A stretch of 64,000 nucleotides of DNA from Bacillota bacterium. GTDB lineage: Bacteria > Bacillota > DTU025. Of this stretch, positions 11,074 to 21,685 are shown one piece after another. The stretch is from NCBI GenBank assembly GCA_050951805.1, contig JBMNJT010000002.1, positions 1,440,001-1,504,000 of the forward strand, written 5' to 3'. Every line of letters begins with the position of its first letter. The first letter of the stretch is position 1. Both the position numbers and the translations under genes were made by a program. A model generated the notes under the pieces. That model made no database searches. It was given only the letters and a program-made list of their open reading frames with translations, and was not told where the DNA came from.

Positions 11074-11102
11074 ACCTTAACCCACGCCGCGGGGCCTGTC
11101 AA
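11074..11102 (-). promoter_or_regulatory. SigA-type promoter of the pur operon
   Basis: TTGACA-N17-TAAGGT about 35 nt before the aptamer. Confidence 0.7.
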
Positions 11103-11177
11103 CTCAATACCTGCCCGCACGTCGCAGGTGCATGCAAAAATCGAAGGTTTCAGCATCCCCTTAACTGCGAGGGAGGA

Positions 11178-11834
11178 TCATGGGATGCGCGTCGTTCCGG
11201 CCCGCTTTCTGCATCTGGGGGGCCCAAGGACCGTAGCCCAGATGATCCCGGAAACGACCTGTTTTCCGAAGGCCTCTCCATCTGATGCAAGCTGGGGTGA
11301 TACGACATCCGCTTCCCACTCCTGGACAAGTTCGCGTTCGAACACCCTACTTTCTTCCAGACTCGTTTCGATTTCCAGATCGAGGATTACATCATCTACA
11401 TCGGTGGCCCGCGGTTCTATCGTCCTCTCCGACCACTCCGAAGCATCGTCCCCCGCCTCTCCCAGAGAACCCGTCACGATGGGCTCAGCCATCTCCACTT
11501 CTCGTTCATAAGCCCGTTCTTCGGCAGCCTCCTGCGCCAATGAACGTCTCGTTTTCGGCAGCGGCCACGCATCGTAATCTTCTTCCGCTTCCACAGATTC
11601 CAGTTCATACGACTGCAGAGTCGATGGGACTTCAGGAGATCCCGCAAATCCATCAGCAGGCGCCGGCGGCTCCATGCGGCCCTCAGCCTGAGCATCCCTG
11701 GAAGCTTCAAGATGTCGAGCCTTCTTGAGAGCTTCCTCCTCCGCCTGCTTGAACCCTCTAGCGACAATCCGAAGCACGTAAGAGAAGATAACCACTATCC
11801 ATACAACCAGCGCTGCCAGGTCGCTCATATCCAT
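11178..11834 (-). CDS. Membrane-anchored acidic protein, positional YqfB-like
   Basis: N-terminal TM helix, Glu-rich middle, C-terminal GIIWATVLGPP motif; follows floA; ATG at 11834 after GGAGGTG. Confidence 0.6.
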   Translation of the reverse strand: MDMSDLAALVVWIVVIFSYVLRIVARGFKQAEEEALKKARHLEASRDAQAEGRMEPPAPADGFAGSPEVPSTLQSYELESVEAEEDYDAWPLPKTRRSLAQEAAEERAYEREVEMAEPIVTGSLGEAGDDASEWSERTIEPRATDVDDVILDLEIETSLEESRVFERELVQEWEADVVSPQLASDGEAFGKQVVSGIIWATVLGPPRCRKRAGTTRIP

Positions 11835-11934
11835 ACGGCCAACACCTCCATCCCCGCTCCGCGGCGCACAGCCAAACAAAGGATGCTTTCACGCTGCCGT
11901 ATCGCCCGGACCTTGCCGTACGCATCAGGCAGCA

Positions 11935-12936
11935 CTACTTCAAGCCAGCATCCGAACCAGAGCCCTCAGAAGAACCTGGAGCACCAGTCGCTTTCGAGAT
12001 TGAATCCCGCATCTGGGTGTCGGCCTTGAGATTGAGCAGGTTGTAGTAGTCCATCACCCCAAGATTACCTGAGCGCAATGCGTCGGCAAGTGCCCGCGGC
12101 ACCTCCGCCTCTGCCTCCACAACCATCGCCCTCATCTCCTGAACCTTGGCCTTGTTCTCCTGCTCGAGGGCGAGAGCTGCAAACCTGCGCTCCGCGGCCT
12201 TGGCTTGAGCGATGTTCTTGTCCGCCTCCGCTTGGTCCATCTGGAGCCGAGCCCCGATATTCCTTCCCACATCCACATCGGCAATGTCAATCGAAAGAAT
12301 CTCAAAAGCCGTTCCGTCATCCAAACCCTTGTTCAGCACCGTTCTGGAGATCTGGTCTGGATTCTCCAGCACTTCCTTGTGACTCTCTGCAGAGCCCACA
12401 GTCGTGACTATCCCCTCGCCAACCCTGGCGATGATAGTCGCCTCGCCAGCGCCGCCCACGAGTCTGTCGATGTTCGCTCGCACCGTCACCCGAGCCTTGG
12501 CCTTGAGCTCAATTCCATCCTTTGCAACTGCGGCAATCACCGGGGTCTCGATCACCTTCGGGTTCACGCTCATCTGCACCGCTTCAAGCACATTGCGGCC
12601 TGCAAGGTCTATGGCCGCCGCCCTTTCGAAGGTCAGGTTTATATCGGCCCTTTGCGCCGCGATCAGAGCATCGACAACACGATCCACGTTTCCGCCGGCA
12701 AGGTAATGCGCTTCAAGCTTGTCGACGGTCACCGGAATGCCACCCTTTGCTGCCTTGACCATTGGCAACACGATCCTGACCGGCGGAACGCGACGCAGTC
12801 TCATTCCGACGAGAGTGAGAAGCCCCACGTTTACTCCTGCTGCCCATGCCGAAATCCAAAGCCCCACGGGAATGAAGTTGAGCAGCACCAGCAGAAGAAC
12901 GAGGACAACAATCAAAATTATCCAGCCTATAGCCAT
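11935..12936 (-). CDS. floA: Flotillin-like protein FloA
   Basis: [38 protein letters not shown]. Confidence 0.96.
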   Translation of the reverse strand: MAIGWIILIVVLVLLLVLLNFIPVGLWISAWAAGVNVGLLTLVGMRLRRVPPVRIVLPMVKAAKGGIPVTVDKLEAHYLAGGNVDRVVDALIAAQRADINLTFERAAAIDLAGRNVLEAVQMSVNPKVIETPVIAAVAKDGIELKAKARVTVRANIDRLVGGAGEATIIARVGEGIVTTVGSAESHKEVLENPDQISRTVLNKGLDDGTAFEILSIDIADVDVGRNIGARLQMDQAEADKNIAQAKAAERRFAALALEQENKAKVQEMRAMVVEAEAEVPRALADALRSGNLGVMDYYNLLNLKADTQMRDSISKATGAPGSSEGSGSDAGLK

Positions 12937-12940
12937 GCAA

Positions 12941-14272
12941 TCAATCCTCCTGATCCATTTGGGTAATAGGCCTCACGAATACCTTGTTGCCTTCTATGCG
13001 AATCACCCGGACGCGGGCTCCTCCCATAACGAAGGGGCCTTCGGATATGGCCTCAACCCTGCGACCGTCGAAATCCACTATACCTACAGGTTTGAGCGGG
13101 GTAACAACTATGCCCTCAGCGCCGTAAAGAGATTCGTACGTCTGCACGGCTAAGTATCCTTCCTCCGGCGTTTCAGTGTGATCAAGGACCAATTTCGCCG
13201 GCGCACGACCCTTTCTTCCTCCACGGGAGAGCAAGAATATCACCAACGCCACAACGGCTATGGCTATGCCTATCGCTATCCCCAGAGCTGCAGCGCCTTC
13301 GCCAGGGGATGGGTAGCTAAGTACAAAGCTGGCAATCACGCTTACAATGCCGAGAATGCCTGCCACGCCAAACCCTGGTATTACAAATGCCTCAAGGAGA
13401 AGCAAAGTCAGGCCTACCAGAAACAGAACAATGACTTCCCATCCGGCAAGGCCCGCCATTATCCTGCCCCCGAAGAAAAGGCCGAGGGAGACGATTCCTA
13501 TGGTTCCCGGAATCCCAAACCCCGGCGTCACCAGCTCTACAGCCAGACCTACAAGGCCCAGCGTGAGAAGGACCTCTGCAGCAACCTGATTCGTGAGAAG
13601 CCTGGCGAACCATTCCGCTGAAGTTTGCTTCACATCGACGATCTCAGCGCCAGACAGGCCCAATAGTTCGAGAAGATCATCTAAGTCCTTCACTTTGTAT
13701 TCGATAAAGCCAAGATTCTCCGCAGCAGTGGCTGTGAGGGTAAGTATCTTGCCGCGCTCGATCACGCCGGGAATCTCGACGTCCGCATCTACCATCGCCC
13801 CGGCCACAGCCGGATCCCTGCCCCTAAGCTCCGCTGTTGCCTCAAATTCTGCCCGCACCGCAGAGATGTACTTTTCCTCTTTCGGTCTGGTCTCAGCGGC
13901 GCCCATCGAACTCCCCATTTTCATGGCAATATCATCACAGGCAATCGCGATGAGAGCGCCTGCAGACCACGCGCGCGAATCGACATACGCTATAGTCCTA
14001 ACCTCAGAAGAGATGATGGCATCGCGCATCTTAAGCGCGGAATCAACATAACCGCCAGGCGTGTCAATGTCGATTATCACGACATCCGCTCCCGCATCGG
14101 AAGCTTCTCGTAGCCCTCGCGCTATGAAGGACGCCAATCCGTGCTCGATCTGCCCCTGAAGTGGAACGATATATACTTTAGGAGCTGCGGCGCACTTGCC
14201 AGCAGGGACCAGTAACCCCACGACAATCAGCACAAGAACGAAAACCCCTATTACGCCTCTTTTCGCTCTCAA
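12941..14272 (-). CDS. nfeD: NfeD-family membrane serine protease (YqeZ)
   Basis: [16 protein letters not shown] region, C-terminal OB fold; start codon approximate (TTG). Confidence 0.9.
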   Translation of the reverse strand: MRAKRGVIGVFVLVLIVVGLLVPAGKCAAAPKVYIVPLQGQIEHGLASFIARGLREASDAGADVVIIDIDTPGGYVDSALKMRDAIISSEVRTIAYVDSRAWSAGALIAIACDDIAMKMGSSMGAAETRPKEEKYISAVRAEFEATAELRGRDPAVAGAMVDADVEIPGVIERGKILTLTATAAENLGFIEYKVKDLDDLLELLGLSGAEIVDVKQTSAEWFARLLTNQVAAEVLLTLGLVGLAVELVTPGFGIPGTIGIVSLGLFFGGRIMAGLAGWEVIVLFLVGLTLLLLEAFVIPGFGVAGILGIVSVIASFVLSYPSPGEGAAALGIAIGIAIAVVALVIFLLSRGGRKGRAPAKLVLDHTETPEEGYLAVQTYESLYGAEGIVVTPLKPVGIVDFDGRRVEAISEGPFVMGGARVRVIRIEGNKVFVRPITQMDQED

Positions 14273-14386
14273 GCAGGAGTCCCTCCCCTCTCTTATGTCA
14301 AATGGAATAACGCCGATCCCAAGCAGCGTCAAAAGCCGGGAAACAGCGCAGTCGCCCTCGCGGCTCAGGCGCGGGTCTGCATGAAG

Positions 14387-14848
14387 CTATTCCTCGCCGC
14401 CTTGGGCGTCAAGCATCTCTCTGACCATACTGTTTACCAGCTTCCCGTCAGCACGCCCTCTCAGTTTAGGCATGACTGCGCCCATGACTTTTCCGATATC
14501 CCGCGGTTCCTCTGCGCCGGTCTGAGCGATCGTTTCCGAGATGATCTGCCTTAGCTCATCCTCTGATAGTTGTCGCGGAAGGTATGACATGATTATTTCC
14601 ATTTCTTTTCGTTCCACGTCTGCAGCATCGAACCTGCCCGCCTTTTCATACTCTTCTATCGACTCGCGCCTCATCTTCGCCTGCCTCGCCATTACATCGA
14701 CTTCTTCAGACTCAGACAACGGCGCGCCTTTCTCAAGCTCTGCATTCTTCAACCCGGCCAAGGCCAACCGTATCACGGATTTTTTCAGTTCATCTTTGGA
14801 TTTCATCGCGATCTTAAGATCGTCCCTCAATCGCACTGCAATCGACAT
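14387..14848 (-). CDS. yqeY: GatB/YqeY domain protein
   Basis: DLKIAMK, RRESIEEY, YLPRQLS, GKVMG, GRADG. Confidence 0.93.
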   Translation of the reverse strand: MSIAVRLRDDLKIAMKSKDELKKSVIRLALAGLKNAELEKGAPLSESEEVDVMARQAKMRRESIEEYEKAGRFDAADVERKEMEIIMSYLPRQLSEDELRQIISETIAQTGAEEPRDIGKVMGAVMPKLRGRADGKLVNSMVREMLDAQGGEE

Positions 14849-14943
14849 TCCAATCACCATCCCAAAATGCATCGACATCTTGATTATACCATTAGCCAGT
14901 TCTCCTTGAAACAGAAGAAGCCTCGCCGATCTCGATCAAGCCA

Positions 14944-16284
14944 TTACGCTTGCGGTCGGGGTGAAGTCATCGTTGTGCCTTGCCTTTCCACTTTCAGGCT
15001 TACCTCGGGAATTATCTTGATTTCCTTGAATATGTCGCGCCAGATCGGCGCGATTTCGTCTTCCCACACATCGCTGGAAATGCACCTCCTCACTGCTTCC
15101 CCAATTCCAAAAATGTCCGTCCCAAGCCGATTCTGCGCAATCTCTATCAATGATTCCATTTCCGCCTCAATCTGATCTGAAACGCCACGACTCAAGTTCC
15201 GATCCGCCTCTATCGAAACAAACTGCTCCTCGGACATCACTTCTTCTATGTATACACAACCTGTTACCCGTATCCGGACTTCCGCCCCCCGCAAGCCCGT
15301 CCTGGTCATCTTATGTCTAGGCGGAAGCTCTATCGTGGCCCGAGAATGCAATACCTTCACGCCGACAGTGTCTCCTTCCGTTCCTGGCACCATATATAGA
15401 AATGAATATTCCTTCAGTCTGTTTCTAGCCATGAGAACCATGGCAGTCTGCACGGGATCAAGCCAACCCACGACCAAGTCCCCATGGAGGGCAGCGCTCC
15501 CGCTTATCTCGATGTCGCTTTTGGTTTCAACATCTCCCTTTTTACCCTTTCCGCCTTCATTTCCAGTCCGCTGTCCCCAAACACCCTGCTGCGCCTCGTC
15601 CTGCTCACCCTCTTCCTCCTCAGGTTCACTTTTCACCAGACTGACTCTGGCAAGAACAGGCTGATCTCCCGGTTCCGCAGCCGTGCTCAACAAATCTCTG
15701 AACCTCGATTGCGGAGCGACCGACGAAAGAGTTGCATGACGCATCATCAGGTTGATGTAAGATGAAGCCATGTTCTCCTGGTCTGCCTCGACTTCGAATA
15801 TCTTTCCGACAGGGTCAGATGTCACCAATACCCACGAGTTATAGCGAAACTGGGAGTCCCTGGCCAGATAATCCAGGATAGGCGTCAAGCCCTTCCTTGC
15901 GATCTTCTCCCCAATAACCAGCACCTTTACATGACCGCGAAACAGCGTCTTTGCCGATTTCATTCTCAACGCAGACATGGCGTCCATCATTGTGTTTCCC
16001 GCAGCAGAGCCAAGCCAAGCAGGGGTATTGGCCGCTCCCTCCGGACCCGAGGACGGAAGAGCCATCTGGACCCAGACAACGATTTTGCCGTCATCCGACT
16101 CGTCCACTCCCATTCCCATGATGAACCCAATATGGTCGATATCGCGCGCATCCCAACAACCGCCAAGAGCGAAAACCAGAATGACGACGCAGAGCACGCA
16201 TGCTGCGACTGTGAGACGTCTGCCCAATGGATGCGAGCCGTGGTCGCTCGAAACATCGACATAATCCATGTTATCTGCTGTCAT
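14944..16284 (-). CDS. Spore germinant receptor C subunit, lipoprotein (GerAC/GerKC family)
   Basis: Lipobox LGGC-WD, HVKVLVIGE..A..G, DIFGIG motif. Confidence 0.88.
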   Translation of the reverse strand: MTADNMDYVDVSSDHGSHPLGRRLTVAACVLCVVILVFALGGCWDARDIDHIGFIMGMGVDESDDGKIVVWVQMALPSSGPEGAANTPAWLGSAAGNTMMDAMSALRMKSAKTLFRGHVKVLVIGEKIARKGLTPILDYLARDSQFRYNSWVLVTSDPVGKIFEVEADQENMASSYINLMMRHATLSSVAPQSRFRDLLSTAAEPGDQPVLARVSLVKSEPEEEEGEQDEAQQGVWGQRTGNEGGKGKKGDVETKSDIEISGSAALHGDLVVGWLDPVQTAMVLMARNRLKEYSFLYMVPGTEGDTVGVKVLHSRATIELPPRHKMTRTGLRGAEVRIRVTGCVYIEEVMSEEQFVSIEADRNLSRGVSDQIEAEMESLIEIAQNRLGTDIFGIGEAVRRCISSDVWEDEIAPIWRDIFKEIKIIPEVSLKVERQGTTMTSPRPQA

Positions 16285-17344
16285 CTGGTGTACCACCCTT
16301 CTCGTGTCGCAACACGCGAGCACCGATCAGCAGCAAGGCGGGAAGCGCAATGGCATACCAGACAGTGTACTTCAAGAAATACTCAACTGCTGCAAATGAC
16401 TGAGCTACATTTGCAGGGATAGAGCTCAGCACCATCGATATAATTCCGAATGGAAGGATCAATCGCCTGTAGTTGTCCAGGTTGAGCAGGTCTGCAATGG
16501 CCGTTATGGCTGCATAGAATACTGAAGCCAGCTTCAGGATGGCAACGGAAAACCAGAGCGCCAGGAAGAGAATCTCTCCTCTTTCCAGAAACTCCCCTGC
16601 TCCAACCATTCGAGCGGTCTCTACCGCGGGGTAAGTGACGCGTGATATCCCCCCTGTGCCCAGCATCATAATGCCGTATGCCACTGTCATTGCCATTATG
16701 GCCGTCCCTATTGCCACACCCGTTCCCACTGCCCTGGATACATGACGTTTGTCCTTCAAATGCCTGAGAAATGCGAGCGATACGATGGCCTCACCTGTAT
16801 AGGAGGCCGTAAGCAAGGCTGCCCTCATGATCGGAATCACGCCCCTGCCCGCCAACGGCAAGAGACGCCCCGGAACCAACACAGGAATAGCGAAAACCCC
16901 CAAAATGGCGATGGATATGATAACCACTCCGAAGAAGATGAAACAGACGCGGGCTATCGCCTCGATGCCGAGGTAGGCAGCGTAGCTCGCCAGGATAAAG
17001 AAGACAGCGGTAATTACGTAGAATGGCGTTCTTTCCAGAAACGAGATAGATATAGCGAGCACGAATTCCCGTGTACCAAGCACGACCACGACAGTGCAAT
17101 AGAGTGCGAAGGTGAGGCCGATTACCTTGCCGAATGGTTTGCCGAATATGTCTTCTGCGATCTTTACCAGATTCTGTTCAGGAAAGGCCGATGAGACCGA
17201 TCCCACCAGCCATGCAATTACCAACCCTATTACGCCGCCGAGCAGGACCGATATCCATGCTGCCGTGCCTGCTACAGGCGTCAACAACCTGGCGGCTGCA
17301 AGAAACCCCGTGGAAAACACAATGACCGCAACGAGCACAACCAC
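16271..17344 (-). CDS. Spore germinant receptor B subunit (GerAB family, APC fold)
   Basis: About 10 TM segments, AWISV, FGKPFGK, YLGIEAIAR, FLERGE; 5' end ambiguous. Confidence 0.88.
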   Translation of the reverse strand: MVVLVAVIVFSTGFLAAARLLTPVAGTAAWISVLLGGVIGLVIAWLVGSVSSAFPEQNLVKIAEDIFGKPFGKVIGLTFALYCTVVVVLGTREFVLAISISFLERTPFYVITAVFFILASYAAYLGIEAIARVCFIFFGVVIISIAILGVFAIPVLVPGRLLPLAGRGVIPIMRAALLTASYTGEAIVSLAFLRHLKDKRHVSRAVGTGVAIGTAIMAMTVAYGIMMLGTGGISRVTYPAVETARMVGAGEFLERGEILFLALWFSVAILKLASVFYAAITAIADLLNLDNYRRLILPFGIISMVLSSIPANVAQSFAAVEYFLKYTVWYAIALPALLLIGARVLRHEKGGTPDDSR

Positions 17345-17494
17345 CTGCGTGTAGTAAATCTCATCCTTTGCACTTCCGCCTATTGTCCATGCACCTCTCG
17401 TCCGTTATGTCTAGGTTTCATCATTGCCATAGCGACTGCCACCAGCGCGGCACTCCCGACCAGAGGTGCCACCCTTGCTGACGCGATCGCCTTA

Positions 17495-19222
17495 TCAACC
17501 CCGCCCCTTCGTATTCTCCTCCTCCCCAGACTGATCTCGGGAATCCGCAAGCGCCTCCCCATCCTGTCGCGCCTTCTCGGCCACCTCTGGAATCCATGTC
17601 CGCATGAAAGCTTTCTGGCGTATCTGATCCTGTGGCGACGGATACTCAGGACGCCTTTGAAACGTGTACTCGGGCGAACGCCATATGACGTCGCGTACCA
17701 ACTCCTTCGGCTTCATCATTGGCTCCAGATACGGAACGCCGAAAGATGTCAGGCCCCCAAGGTGCAAGGCGATCGCGATTAGCCCGGCGATCAGCCCAAA
17801 AAGCCCGAGACTGGCCGAAAGAAAAAGGAGCGGGAAGCGCAGAAGCCTGATGGCCAAACCTGTAGGATAGTGCGGGATTATCAACGACGACAGGCCCGTG
17901 ACGGCAACTACGATCACCATTATGGGGCTGACAAGGCCAGCCGAAACCGCGGCGTCGCCAAGCAACAAGGCCCCTACAAAACCGAGAGACTGGGAGATCG
18001 GGTCAGGCATGCGTATAGCGGCCTCTCTTATGAGCTCGAGCGCCACTTCCATGAGAAGCGCCTCTACCAGTGAAGGAAAAGGCACCGGAACGTGCGAACC
18101 GGCGATCGCAAGGGCAAGTTTGGTGGGAATCATTTCCTGATGAAAGGTGGCCACCGCAACATAGAGAGCAGGAAAGATCAGAGCTATTACGCCTGCAATA
18201 TACCGCAACGTCCTCAGGGGTCCACCGAAGGGGAACCTCTCATAGTAGTCTTCGGCTGACTGAAAAAAGCTGGCAAGATTCGCGGGAATCATGAGAGCCA
18301 TAGGCGATCCGTCAACTAGAATTCCGACGAGCCCTTCTGAGAGGGCTGCGACAAAACGGTCAGGCCTCTCAGTATACTGCACCTGGGGAAATGGAGAATA
18401 GGTGTGGTCCTCTATGAGTTCCTCCAAAACGCCCGAATCAGTCATGATGTCAACGCATATTGCATCAATCCGTTCCTTCACTGTATCCACCAGGTCAGGG
18501 TCTGTGAGGCCTTCAACGTAGGCAACTACGACATCAGTCTTGGATCTCACTCCCACTATAGTTGCATCCAATCTAAGATCAGGTGTTCTCAGTCTTCTTC
18601 TTATCAAGGCAGTGTTGGCCCTGAGCAGCTCTGCGAAACCCTCTCTCGGGCCGCGCACAACCTTCTCAGTAGCGGGTTCCTCTATCCCCCGATGCTCCCA
18701 ACCCTTGGCTTCAAAGAGCACGCATTCAGGACTTCCCTCAACAAACAAGGCACCCTCGCCAGTCAGCACGTGCTCCATCGCCAATTCCATGCTTCGAACG
18801 ACGGTGATCTGGCCCGACGGCACCAAGTGCGTTGAGATGACAGTGGCAATGTTCTCCCGGTCGAGCGCCCCGGCATCCAAGGCTGTGGTCCTTTCTGCCA
18901 GCATCACCGATCTTAGGGCCATCATGTTGATCACATCGCGCGAAGTCAGACCCTCTATATAGAAAAGCAAGGCATCGAGTTCAGGAGATGTCCATATCAC
19001 CAATCGGCGCAGGATTACGTCAGGACTCTCGTTGCCTAATCTTTCACGGAGGAACTTCTCGATCCCGTCCAGGCTGTCGGGGATCGGGGTTTCGTTGGCC
19101 TCATGTTGGTTTAGGCCTTCACCACCGCCAGATTTCTTCTCATCAAGCGATACCGGCGTCTTGCCAAGAACCATGCGAGGGCGCCTAGCCTCCCCTTTCA
19201 GCAGCCTGCGTAGACGTGTCAA
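17495..19222 (-). CDS. Spore germinant receptor A subunit (GerAA/GerKA family)
   Basis: GPREGF.E, TERPD, VDGSP, PVPFP, EAAIRMP, TSFGVPY. Confidence 0.95.
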   Translation of the reverse strand: MTRLRRLLKGEARRPRMVLGKTPVSLDEKKSGGGEGLNQHEANETPIPDSLDGIEKFLRERLGNESPDVILRRLVIWTSPELDALLFYIEGLTSRDVINMMALRSVMLAERTTALDAGALDRENIATVISTHLVPSGQITVVRSMELAMEHVLTGEGALFVEGSPECVLFEAKGWEHRGIEEPATEKVVRGPREGFAELLRANTALIRRRLRTPDLRLDATIVGVRSKTDVVVAYVEGLTDPDLVDTVKERIDAICVDIMTDSGVLEELIEDHTYSPFPQVQYTERPDRFVAALSEGLVGILVDGSPMALMIPANLASFFQSAEDYYERFPFGGPLRTLRYIAGVIALIFPALYVAVATFHQEMIPTKLALAIAGSHVPVPFPSLVEALLMEVALELIREAAIRMPDPISQSLGFVGALLLGDAAVSAGLVSPIMVIVVAVTGLSSLIIPHYPTGLAIRLLRFPLLFLSASLGLFGLIAGLIAIALHLGGLTSFGVPYLEPMMKPKELVRDVIWRSPEYTFQRRPEYPSPQDQIRQKAFMRTWIPEVAEKARQDGEALADSRDQSGEEENTKGRG

Positions 19223-19262
19223 ATTGCGCTTCCCCCGAATAACTTTTTTGGAGCCTCACCAT

Positions 19263-19291
19263 TACAATCTGCCACCAGGCGAAGGATTATG
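19263..19291 (-). promoter_or_regulatory. Possible forespore SigF/SigG promoter of the ger operon
   Basis: GCATA-N18-GATTGTA upstream of gerAA; imperfect -10. Confidence 0.35.
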
Positions 19292-19304
19292 CCGAATACA
19301 GCGA

Positions 19305-19337
19305 AAAGAAATAAGGAGAGGCCACAGCCTCTCCCTG
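19305..19337 (-). terminator. Intrinsic terminator downstream of rpsU
   Basis: GGAGAGGC-TGTG-GCCTCTCC followed by TTATTTCTTTT. Confidence 0.7.
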
Positions 19338-19437
19338 ATTGTAGACCCGAGCACCCCATACGTGTAGGGCCAGCCCGAACGACGAAACAGCAATATTTAC
19401 TTTTTTACGCACTATGGGGGTATGGCCGAAACCGCCC

Positions 19438-19614
19438 CTAGCGATACTTGCGTCTGCGGGCAGCCTCAGACTTTTTCTTCCTCCGAACGCTTGGCTTGTC
19501 GTAATGCTCGCGCTTGCGAATTTCAGACATTACTCCGGATCGCTGACACTGTCGCTTGAAACGACGCAGTGCGCTGTCGAGGGACTCATTCTTTCCAACT
19601 TTAACCTCTGACAT
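19438..19614 (-). CDS. rpsU: 30S ribosomal protein S21
   Basis: [21 protein letters not shown]...EHYDKPS; GGAGGGGG SD. Confidence 0.97.
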   Translation of the reverse strand: MSEVKVGKNESLDSALRRFKRQCQRSGVMSEIRKREHYDKPSVRRKKKSEAARRRKYR

Positions 19615-19705
19615 ACAGATACCCCCCCTCCGTGCGAGAGTAACCAACCACCATTGCTCGCTTGCCCATAAGCGAATCCTTTGACGCGCAGGGCAATCTT
19701 GTCAA

Positions 19706-19735
19706 ATTATACTTTACTCACTGCGTAGGTGTCAA
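19706..19735 (-). promoter_or_regulatory. SigA promoter of rpsU
   Basis: TTGACA-N18-TATAAT. Confidence 0.8.
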
Positions 19736-19779
19736 ACGAAACGACAGGTTTAATGCTCACCGCGCCTCGGTACACATCA

Positions 19780-20124
19780 TCAACCTGGCGGCCACCCCAA
19801 AGCTCTGCCTCCGAGCACATGAAAATGGAGATGCGGCACACTTTGCCCCGCATCCTCTCCGCAATTGACTACTACCCTGAACCCGCTCCGATCGTATCCG
19901 CGCTCGCGAGCGATCTGCCCCGCGACCCTATGCGCCTTGCCGACTAGCTGCTCGCCGTCGGCGCCGAGCTCCAAAAGGCTAGATACATGCATGCGAGGGA
20001 TGATCAACACGTGCATGGGCGCCTGAGGGTTGATGTCGTTGAAAGCCACAAGATTCTCGTCCTCATATACTATTGACGAATCGATTTCCCCGCGCGCAAT
20101 TCTACAGAATATGCATTCTTCCAT
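19780..20124 (-). CDS. HIT-family (HINT-like) nucleotide hydrolase
   Basis: CIFC, DINPQAP.H, GQSVPHLHFH, WPPG. Confidence 0.95.
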   Translation of the reverse strand: MEECIFCRIARGEIDSSIVYEDENLVAFNDINPQAPMHVLIIPRMHVSSLLELGADGEQLVGKAHRVAGQIARERGYDRSGFRVVVNCGEDAGQSVPHLHFHVLGGRALGWPPG

Positions 20125-20186
20125 TCACTCTACACCCCCTCGGCTGATTTCACAAAGGTACCTGGGCAGCCGCATACCCGGTCGAA

Positions 20187-21569
20187 TCATGTAGTCCTTT
20201 CTATGCTGCCCCTCACAAACCCTTCATCTGCCTCGGATATGCGTACACCCACAATGTCGCCGGGGAGCGCCGGCCCGTCGGCGTAGACCCGCACGTAATT
20301 CGGAGTAAGGCCCTCAAATTGACTCTGCTCGGCCTGCTCAACCAGGACAGGCATGACACGACCGACCAGTCCTCGGTGGAATTGGAGAGACAACTCGCGC
20401 CCCAGCCCTATCAGCTCAGCGCTCCTCCTCTCCTTCTCCTTCCTCGGGACCTGCCTGGACAGGCCGGAAGCGACAGTGCCTCTGCGACGCGAATACTGAA
20501 ATACGTGCATTCTCGAAAACCCCAGTCGCTGGCAGGCATCGCAAGTAGCCTGAAAAGCCTCTTCGTCCTCGCCAGGGAAGCCAACTATGACGTCAGTCGT
20601 AACCGCTAGGTCGGATATGCGCTCTCTCGCCATCGCAACTACATCCTGGTAATGCGACATAGTGTAGCGGCGATTCATCCGTGAAAGCACCTTGTCGCTG
20701 CCTGACTGGAGCGGAATATGCAGATGGGGACAGATGACATCGCTTTTAGCCATCACATCGATCAGTTTTTCGCTCACATCAGTTGGATCCACCGAGCTCA
20801 AGCGGACTCTGGCTACGCCGTCCACGTTCGCAGCCGCCGCAAGAACATCCGCAAGGTCGGGGGATCCCCCAAAATCCCGACCATATGCACCCATGTCTAT
20901 CCCCGTAAGCACCACTTCCTTGTATCCTTGAACAACGAAGCGCTCGATCTCCCTGCGAATCCTCTCCAGTTCCCTGCTACGCACAGGCCCTCTCACGTAA
21001 GGAACCTTGCAGTAGGAGCAAAAATTCTCGCATCCATCCTCAATCTTCACATACGCACGAGCACGTTCGGTCCACCCGTCAGCCGGAAGCTCTTCATAGC
21101 CTCCGAAAACACATGTATCTTCCACGAGCACCTTTGGGACTCGATTCGCCCCTTTGGGTCTAAATGAACCGTGGGTGTCTTCCGCCGCTGCATCATGATC
21201 CCCTGTCGTCTCCAGCCCTCTGGAATCCTTTTCGAAATCAAGCACGGCTTCGACGATTCTCGCTCGGTCATATGTTCCAGAGACCACGTATACCCCAGGA
21301 AGCGCCGCAACCTCTTCGGGCGAAGCTTGCGCATAGCAGCCCGCAGCAACTATCAGAGCATCCGGATTCTTCGAGTTGGCCCTCCGTATGAGCTGCCTCG
21401 ATTTCTTATCGCCCATCTGAGTAACAGTGCACGTGTTTATCACATACACGTCGGCGACATCTTCGAAGGGCACAACCGCAAATCCGGCTCTCCTGAATTC
21501 CCCTGCGATCGCTTCGGAATCGTATTGATTCACCTTGCACCCAAGTGTTGCTATGGCGACTGTCCGCAC
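20187..21569 (-). CDS. mtaB: tRNA t6A37 methylthiotransferase MtaB
   Basis: TLGCKVNQYD, NTCTVT, GCYAQ, CENFCSYC, TRAM domain; GTG at 21569 after GGGAGGT. Confidence 0.93.
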   Translation of the reverse strand: MRTVAIATLGCKVNQYDSEAIAGEFRRAGFAVVPFEDVADVYVINTCTVTQMGDKKSRQLIRRANSKNPDALIVAAGCYAQASPEEVAALPGVYVVSGTYDRARIVEAVLDFEKDSRGLETTGDHDAAAEDTHGSFRPKGANRVPKVLVEDTCVFGGYEELPADGWTERARAYVKIEDGCENFCSYCKVPYVRGPVRSRELERIRREIERFVVQGYKEVVLTGIDMGAYGRDFGGSPDLADVLAAAANVDGVARVRLSSVDPTDVSEKLIDVMAKSDVICPHLHIPLQSGSDKVLSRMNRRYTMSHYQDVVAMARERISDLAVTTDVIVGFPGEDEEAFQATCDACQRLGFSRMHVFQYSRRRGTVASGLSRQVPRKEKERRSAELIGLGRELSLQFHRGLVGRVMPVLVEQAEQSQFEGLTPNYVRVYADGPALPGDIVGVRISEADEGFVRGSIERTT

Positions 21570-21685
21570 CCGAAAGATACCTCCCAAATGTGCATGGCAT
21601 GTCCGGTCTCCTGCCGAAGACTGGCCCACTTGACGCCTCCGTTGCCTACAAGAGTCGTGCGCTAAGCGAGTCCTACCCTGTTGTT

